Below, in pieces: positions 25,801 through 32,000 of a DNA stretch of 32,000 nt. The stretch spans positions 210,001 to 242,000 of the forward strand of contig NZ_LGHJ01000019.1 in NCBI RefSeq assembly GCF_001306055.1. The letters are read 5' to 3'. The stretch comes from Bellilinea caldifistulae. Its GTDB lineage: Bacteria > Chloroflexota > Anaerolineae > Anaerolineales > Anaerolineaceae. Numbering within the stretch: the stretch's first letter is position 1; each line of letters begins with the position of its first letter. The notes under the pieces were generated by a model. That model ran no database searches. It was given only the letters and a program-made list of their open reading frames with translations, and was not told where the DNA came from. The position numbers and the translations under genes are program-made.

Positions 25801-28800
25801 TTTAATTTCCTCTTCATCCACACCGGAGATGGAAGTCCGTGTTGGTGTTGAAGAAGGCTGTTCGCTCTCAGCCTGGACTGGTGCCGATACTTCGGCAGGT
25901 TCAACCGCCTTGCTGACCGGCTGGGCAACCGTTGTAGCAGCCGGTTGAGACTGACTGACAACCCCGCTGCTCAAAGCGTCCACCATGAAGTCAATCACCT
26001 TCTCCAGGGTGTTGTAATCCACCAGCCGCAGGTCTTCCCGCCGCGGGATGTTGTAGTGGGTGCGGATGGTAGCAAACAATTCAGCCTGTTTGACGGTATC
26101 AATCCCTAAATCGGCTTCCAGGTCAAGCCCCAGGTCGAGCATTTCAACCGGGTAACCGGTCTTTTCACTGACCACTGAAAGCACATATTCTTGAATGGCT
26201 GCCCGGTCAACGGCCGGGGCTGCAGAAAGAGACGGGACTGATTGAGCCACCTGCATAGGTATCGGCTGAGGTTCAGACTTATCCGAAGCAGGCATGGCTA
26301 CATCTTCAGCCGGTTGAGCCTGAGCAGCTATCGCAGCCGCATTTTCCGCCATGAAGGAAATCACTTTGTTGAGGGTGTTGTAATCAACCAGCCGCAAATC
26401 TTCCCGTCTGGGGATGTTGTAATGCGTTCGAATTGCAGCAAAGATTTCAGCTTGTTTCACCGTATCAATGCCCAAATCGGCTTCCAGATCCAGATCCAAA
26501 TCCAGCATCTCGACCGGGTAACCCGTTTTTTCACTGACCAGATTGAGAACAAATTCTTTGATCTCATCTACCTTGACCGGTGATCTGCCGGCGGGCGAGG
26601 AAGTTCCCAAGACAACAGGCTGGAGTTTTTCCTTTTCTTCAACCGCTTCAACAGGATGAGCGGCAGGCTGCGGACTCGGCACACCGACCGGTTGAGATTG
26701 CGGCAATTGATCCGGCTGCTCTGCCCAGCGGGTAGGTCCCTGCCCATACTGCCAGCGGGATTTAGCCGGCGGTTTAACCGGCGGTCCCATGTGGCGGATC
26801 CGGAGAGTGCGTTTTTCCACCTCCAATTCGGCTTTTTCGTAACCCGCAATTTCCGCCAGCCATTGCTGATAGACTGGTTGATTGATCCTTTCCTTTACAT
26901 GGGCAACCACCCGGAATAACGCCATGGCAATTTGCGAGCCAAAACCGGCCCCCAACCGCAGAGCATAACTGACCGGGTATTCACCGCCTTTTGATAGGTT
27001 CAAATCACCCAGATCCGGGTCGGGTTCAAAATTCTCATCATAATTGGCAATCGGCGGCACAATTCCATGTTCCAGGGCTTTGATCGCCACAACATCTTCA
27101 ATCCCCACGCCCATTGCATGACCGGTGTACCCTTTGGTATTTGCGATGATCACCTGATTGGCTTTATCGCCAAAGGTGTATCGGAGTGCCTGAATCTCCG
27201 CGGAAGCCGAACCGCCTCTGGCGGGGGTGTAGGTTTCGTGAGACATGAACATGGTTTGAGCGGCAATTTCTTCCCGGCGAATACCAAAACGCTGCTCGGC
27301 CGTGCTGATCAGGCGATTCATGATTTCCCGCACATGGGGAACATCCAGGCGGGTTCCATGATAAGCGCTATTGGCGATATCCGTCGCCAACACCTCACAA
27401 ATCGCCCGCATGCCGCGTTCTCGCACCGCATCTTCGGACTCAACTACCAGTGCGGCCGCCCCCATTCCCATGATCATCCCATTCCGCCGGCGGTCAAACG
27501 GCAAAGCAGCCATACGCAGATTACCTTCTGTGGTAGCCGCACCAGAAACGAACAAGCCGGTTCCAATCCACTCCGCCAGCGGACCGCCGGTCACATCGTC
27601 ACCCGCAATGATGACGACTCGGCGGCAACGTCCGGCGCGAATCCAGTCTTCAGCAACCGCAATCGCATGGGTTGTGGTGGCACAGGCAGCGTTGACATGC
27701 GTATTCGGGCCGCGTGCGCCAATATATTCAGCAAATTGCGAATGCCCCATTGAAAGCACCCGGAAGACAAAACGGCGATCAAAATGGTAATCCATCTCTT
27801 TGAGCCTTGTTTCCAGTGCTTTGATTCGCTCGCGCAGCAGGTTTCTCACCCCCGTCTGATCCACTGCGACCAGACTGAGAATGTTGCGCACTTCTTCTAA
27901 CTGCTTCTCAACTTGCTTGTATTCGGAATAACGCGACATCTCTTCCGCCATTTCATCCAGCCCCGGGAAGGCAGAAGCAAAGATCACACCGGTTTCATCA
28001 GCCAGCGCTTCTGGCAAGCGCCAGCGGTCGGGGAGATAAGTGCCTTTACTGGTCTTACGATAGGCCATTACCAGGGGAATTCCGGCATCCCTCAAAGCTT
28101 CAATGCCGGCAGCCACTGCGAGTTGGGTGGTAATATCCCAGGCATCCGCACGCTCTACCGGAATGCCGAACTCTTCCACCGGATCAAATTGCCCGCGCTG
28201 TCCACCCAACTTTACGGTCAAATCCACGCTTTCAATCGGGATCATCTGGGCGCCGGCTTCGCTTTTTTCCAAACGGGTTGGCCGCTTTTCCACCATTCGC
28301 TTGCGCAATTCTTCCGGCAAAGGTTCAATGCGGATTTCGCCTTTTAAAATACTCAGGATATTCTCATCATTGAAAACGGGTTTTGATCTGCCCGGCAGCC
28401 CCAAGCCTGCACCGCTGATCACGACCGAACCCGTCAATGGCAGGCGACCGTCGTTGACCGGTGTCTGTACTTCAACCATCGGTTTTACAGACGCGCTAAT
28501 CGCAACCGGGGGGACTGATTTCACACTTACCTCATCAATAGCGGATTTTTGAGTGGACACTTGTGCTGGCGTTTCAAGTTTCTGTTCTCGACCGGGCGCA
28601 ATTCCCGCTGCCAGCAGACCACAAACTGCTTCGTTAAAACTGACCACTGCACCTTTTCGGGGATGATTGGTTGCCAGCAGCATGACACCCGAGCGGTCTT
28701 TGAAAATATCATTTGCCAGAGCGTTCAATACCCGTTTCGGCCCAATCTCGACAAAGACTCTTGCTCCGGCATTATAGAGCGTTTCCATGCCTTTAATAAA

Positions 28801-31395
28801 TTGCACTGGCGAGGCAACCTGCTTTCCCAAAATATCCAGAATCTGTTCCCGGCTGGTGGGGTAAAACTCGCCGGTCACATTGGCTGCCACCGGAATCTTG
28901 GGGGATTGCAGGTTCATACGCGCAATAACCTGTTTGAGGGGCTCGCTTGCCGGGGCAACAATTTTTGTGTGGAACGCATGAGAGACAGAGATGCGGGTGG
29001 CCTGGTAACCGGCTTTTTCAAAAGCCTCTAAGGCAGCCTGAATACCTGCCGTGCTGCCACCCACGACCGATTGCATGGGGCTATTGATGTTGGCGATGAC
29101 CACATATTCCGAGATTTCCTGTAAGATCCGTTCAACCTCTTGAATGGGAGCAGAAACTGCCACCATACCACCATTATCCGCCACCGAGACTTTTTTCATC
29201 TCACGGCCGCGTGCCGAAACGACTTCCAAAGCCTCCGCAAAAGTCAATACGCCGGATGCCACCAGTGCGGCATATTCCCCAAGGCTGTGACCAATCACAA
29301 AATCGGGGGAAAACCCGAATTTCTCCATCAACCGCAGCAATGCGACATTGGCCGTCAACATCGCTGGCTGAGTGATCGCCGTATCCCGTAATGCGGCTTC
29401 GGCTTGTTTTAACGATTCTTCGTCCCCCTCTACATAAATGTAACTGGTTAAGGGACGCCCCAAAATGGGTGTCATGATCGCATCAGCCTCTTTGAAGGTA
29501 TCCGCTACAAGTGGTTCGGCTTCGCACAGGTCTTTGAGCATGTTGACATATTGAGATCCCTGCCCGGGGAACATAAAGGCAACTTTACCAGCCTTCCCGC
29601 TGCCCCGATAAACCCCCTGGGCAGTCAGCGCCTGCCAGGCATTTGGGGCTTCATTGTCGAGCGTTTTAAGCGCTTTTTCTCCCCGTGAAATCAACTCCTC
29701 AACCGATGAGTAGTCAATCACCAATCGCTCGGGCTTGGTTACCATCGCCGCATCTGGCAATTGGGAAGGTGGTAATTGACCCTGGCGGGCATTTTCTAAA
29801 ATTTGAGCCAGTTGTTCCTTTAACTGCTGGCTGTTTTCCCCACTCAGGAAGGCGATTCCGCGATAAGGCACGGGCAAGGTCGAAGAAACCGCTTCCGCCA
29901 CGACTTGCGGAGCAGGACTTTCCACCTGCGCCGCTTTTCTTTCCGGCACCGCAAACACCTTTGTTTCAGAAGTCAGCAGCCCCGGCACCCATTCTTCCAG
30001 CACCATGTGAAAGTTGGTGCCGCCAAAACCAAACGAACTGACTCCAGCCCGGCGGATTTCTCCAGGGGCATTTTCCCACGGTCGGGTTTCGGTATTGACG
30101 TAAAAGGGAATGCGGTCGAAATCAATATTTGGGTTGGGTTTATGGAAATTCACAGAGGGCGGCAAAACTTTTTCGTACAAGGCGTACATGGCTTTCAGGA
30201 CACCCGCCGCCCCGGCCGCACTCTTCAAATGACCAATATTGGACTTGACCGATCCCATCGCAATGCTGCGCGGTGGCAGACCAAACTTTCCAAAAACCTC
30301 GTTGAGAGATTGTGTCTCCACCACATCCCCAACCCGCGTGGAGGTGCCATGGGCTTCAATCAAACCCACACTGGCAGGGTTTACGCCGGCATTCTTCCAG
30401 GCCCGTTCAATCGCACGCTGCTGACCAAGAGGATTGGGAGCCGTAATCCCTTTACCTTTGCCATCGCTGCTGGCGCCAACCCCGCGGATAACCGCATAAA
30501 TTTTATCCCCGTCCCGTTCAGCATCGGCCAGCCGCTTTAACAAAAAGAGCACAGCCCCTTCGCCCATGACGAATCCATTCGCCCCTTCAGCGAACGGCCG
30601 TGAACCGTCCGGCGAAAGCGCCCCAATCTTACAGAATTTTACGAACCCCTCAACCCCCATATTGCGGTCCACACCGCCCGTCAAAACCGCATCAAACTGG
30701 TGATTGACCAGCCCGTCAATAGCGGCTTGAACCGCTGCATGAGAAGAAGCACAGGCAGCGTCTGTGATGAAATTTGGGCCAGAAAAATTGAACACATTGG
30801 CAATTCGGCCGGCAATCACGTTGCCCAGTTCACCCGGCATGGTATCTTCGGTAATATTGCTCACCCTTTTGCGGATATTTTGCGTCATTCCCTCCAGCAG
30901 CGCCTTCTGCACTTCTGGTGGTAGTTGGGCAAATGCTTCCACTTCTTTAAGGGCTTCCATATAATCCGGCAGACGAATTCGTAGGCTGGTTATGTAATGG
31001 TTTTCACCCGCCAGCGCATTGCCAATAATCACCGCCGTACGTGTTCCATCAAGGGGTTTCTGCGGGTAACCGTAATCTAAAAGAGCCTGCCGCGCTACAC
31101 TGATGCCCCACTTTTGGCTTTCATCCATCACCGCCAGAACGTTTGGTGGAATGGGGATCCCCCATTTCAGCGGCTCGAAGGGATAAGATCGTACCCACGC
31201 CCCAATTTTGGTATAAGTTTTATCCGGTGCTTTTGGATCAGGATCATAATACAAATCCACCCGCCATCGATCGGGCGGAACCTCGGTCACTGAATATCGC
31301 CCTTGCTTGATATTGTTCCAGAATGCAGGCGCATCTTCAGCATCCGGTAAAATTGCCCCCACTCCGACAATTGCAACGGCTCTAGGATCAAACAT
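22840..31395 (-). CDS. PfaA-like iterative type I FAS/PKS megasynthase, 2851 aa, domain order KS-AT-KS-ACP-ACP-ACP-KR-DH
   Basis: A single uninterrupted ORF preceded by AAAGGAGAG. Domain calls are listed as separate features and rest on active-site motifs read from the translation and verified on the DNA. Confidence 0.95.
   Translation of the reverse strand: [2851 protein letters not shown]
22891..23778 (-). other. Domain DH: polyketide-synthase-type (double hot-dog) dehydratase (aa ~2540-2835)
   Basis: HxxxGxxxxP motif [10 protein letters not shown] with His2572 (codon 23680-23682, CAT, checked). [11 protein letters not shown] is GYxYGPxF-like. LLEAILQ sits where PKS DH domains have DxxxQ/H, so the acid residue here is Glu. 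Confidence 0.8.
23986..25380 (-). other. Domain KR: ketoreductase with N-terminal structural subdomain (aa ~2006-2470)
   Basis: Rossmann motif [23 protein letters not shown], and the catalytic region [21 protein letters not shown] (Tyr2429). Confidence 0.85.
25570..25818 (-). other. Domain ACP3 (aa ~1860-1942), Thr1897 at the expected Ser position
   Basis: [62 protein letters not shown]. Thr codon ACG at 25705-25707. Confidence 0.8.
25960..26208 (-). other. Domain ACP2 (aa ~1730-1812), Thr1767 at the expected Ser position
   Basis: [62 protein letters not shown]. Thr codon ACC at 26095-26097. Confidence 0.8.
26326..26574 (-). other. Domain ACP1 (carrier-like domain 1, aa ~1608-1690), Thr1645 at the expected Ser position
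   Basis: [62 protein letters not shown]. Thr codon ACG at 26461-26463. Confidence 0.8.
26905..28434 (-). other. Domain KS2: second, apparently catalytically complete ketosynthase (aa ~988-1497)
   Basis: Starts [12 protein letters not shown]. Cys1238 in VNAACATT (codon 27682-27684, TGT, checked). His in MSHETYTP and [15 protein letters not shown] follows the Cys. About 250 residues precede the Cys (I recall roughly 160 for FabF-type KS, not counted here), including a predicted helical, charged insert at aa ~1150-1205. Confidence 0.8.
28711..29586 (-). other. Domain AT: malonyl-CoA:ACP acyltransferase (aa ~604-895)
   Basis: [16 protein letters not shown] with Ser704 (codon 29284-29286, AGC, checked). 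SHAFHT is the HAFH motif associated with malonyl specificity. Confidence 0.9.
29998..31386 (-). other. Domain KS1: PfaA-type ketosynthase (aa ~4-466)
   Basis: N-terminus [22 protein letters not shown]...DRW and the PfaA-like insert [17 protein letters not shown]. Active-site Cys215 in TDAACASS (codon 30751-30753, TGT, checked). His in [11 protein letters not shown] and [10 protein letters not shown]. Confidence 0.9.
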
Positions 31396-31750
31396 TTTTC
31401 TCTCCTTTGAAAGAAGGTGTTTTTTTTCAGGTATCGCTAAAATGGATAAACCATGTCTTAGAGAGACACGGCAAATTTACTAACAGACTGGATTGCTATT
31501 CAGAAGGATGAGAAGGATGAGAGTACAGGTACACAACCTTCCAATTTCTCCGATCGAACAAACCCTATCAAGACAGCCCTCCAAAAATCGCCTTTTCTGG
31601 TTGATAAACTCTGAACGTAATAACCCCTTTACAGACAGGGAGTTACGTAAAAAGAACGGTTTTTCCAACATATCAAACAGGTGGTATCAAGAAATTTACA
31701 CGTGGTATACTCAATCTGTCTGATTTTCTCACAAACGGATGCAAATAACC

Positions 31751-32000
31751 ATGATGGAGTTTATTCAACACTTGACCCCTCCCGAACAATTGGAATGGGA
31801 ATCGCTGAATTCCCCTCTTGCCATTCAAAACTTTTTGGACAGCTTACCCTATATCGGTGAAGAGCGGAACCGTTCCCCCTTGAATGTTCTGCGTGACCGC
31901 CAATGCCACTGCCTGGATGGGGGTTTATTGGCTGCATTAGCCCTCAGCCGCCTCGGATTTCCCCCGTTGCTAATGGATCTCGTACCTGAACCCGGAAAAG
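31751..32000 (+). CDS. Transglutaminase-like (papain-fold) domain protein, N-terminal fragment running off the window end
   Basis: The ATG at 31751 opens a frame that stays open to 32000: MMEFIQHLTPPEQLEWESLNSPLAIQNFLDSLPYIGEERNRSPLNVLRDRQCHCLDGGLLAALALSRLGFPP. The R-x-C-x-C...LLAALALSRLGFP block resembles the catalytic-Cys region of transglutaminase-like proteins. The family call is tentative. Confidence 0.45.
   Translation, partial: MMEFIQHLTPPEQLEWESLNSPLAIQNFLDSLPYIGEERNRSPLNVLRDRQCHCLDGGLLAALALSRLGFPPLLMDLVPEPGK

Larger units (their letters stand above)
25593..26582 (-). repeat. In-frame tandem repeat: three carrier-domain cores with periods of 390 and 366 nt
   Basis: Cores start at 25593, 25983 and 26349 on the plus-strand landmark CCATGAAG. 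In my hand alignment, copies 2 and 3 differ at 24 of 177 positions and share a 38-nt identical run (AGGTCTTCCCGCCGCGGGATGTTGTAGTGGGTGCGGAT). Copy 1 is more diverged. The linkers are Pro/Ala/Gln/Ser/Glu-rich and unrelated to each other. Confidence 0.9.

Noticed and set aside
25570-26582. Whether the periodic repeat could be a CRISPR array or a minisatellite
   Set aside because: The repeat period is 366-390 nt, in frame, and encodes carrier-domain cores within a continuous ORF. It is not a short repeat-spacer array.
27067-27753. 228-aa and other plus-strand ORFs (for example 27371..27790, 29905..30540, 28549..29031) inside the megasynthase gene
   Set aside because: All are antisense to verified catalytic motifs of the 2851-aa ORF. 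They are Arg/Gly/Ser-rich shadow frames.
20394-31395. Whether the lipid-synthase locus is a mobile genomic island
   Set aside because: There is no integrase or transposase, no flanking tRNA and no direct repeats visible in the window. The neighbours are housekeeping genes. I cannot quantify a compositional shift by eye, so no island claim is made.
31480-31723. 63-aa (-) and 76-aa (+) ORFs in the intergenic region upstream of the megasynthase
   Set aside because: They overlap each other on opposite strands in an AT-rich region. They have low-complexity or basic composition and no SD, so they are more likely non-coding control sequence.

Overview
This is a gene-dense bacterial chromosomal segment with about 27 credible CDS on both strands. 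I saw no rRNA, tRNA, CRISPR array, transposase or integrase. All calls come from reading the supplied translations and the DNA by eye; no searches or folding programs were run.

From 1 to 20.3 kb the content is housekeeping and carbohydrate-related. In order:
- a partial aldo/keto reductase and a secreted CBM/FN3 protein
- mutS
- an SDR + GH57 operon
- ftsZ, not in a dcw cluster, followed by two small ORFs and secreted or anchored proteins of unknown function
- a SlyD-type FKBP with a strong terminator
- a Ddl-family ATP-grasp ligase, an esterase and a thioredoxin-like 2Fe-2S ferredoxin
- an orphan structured RNA with its own promoter and terminator (15.77-16.09 kb)
- two divergent hpt paralogs bracketing a cytidylate-kinase-like gene and a small nuclease-fold-like gene
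- pfk and a C-N hydrolase

The stand-out region is 20.4-31.4 kb, a compact PUFA-synthase-like (secondary lipid) locus. It has a PfaD-type trans enoyl reductase on the + strand. This converges on a minus-strand operon of a 2851-aa megasynthase and an overlapping Sfp-type phosphopantetheinyl transferase.

The megasynthase reads KS-AT-KS-ACP-ACP-ACP-KR-DH. Two things look unusual:
- A second KS with a full Cys-His-His triad sits between the AT and the carrier domains.
- All three tandem carrier domains carry Thr ([11 protein letters not shown]) where PfaA-type ACPs carry the phosphopantetheinylated Ser (LGIDSIK).

No PfaB, no PfaC (KS-CLF-DH-DH), no FabA-type DH and no thioesterase or acyltransferase release domain is present in the window.

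Gene style is compatible with a Chloroflexota (Anaerolineae-like) genome, but that is only a guess.
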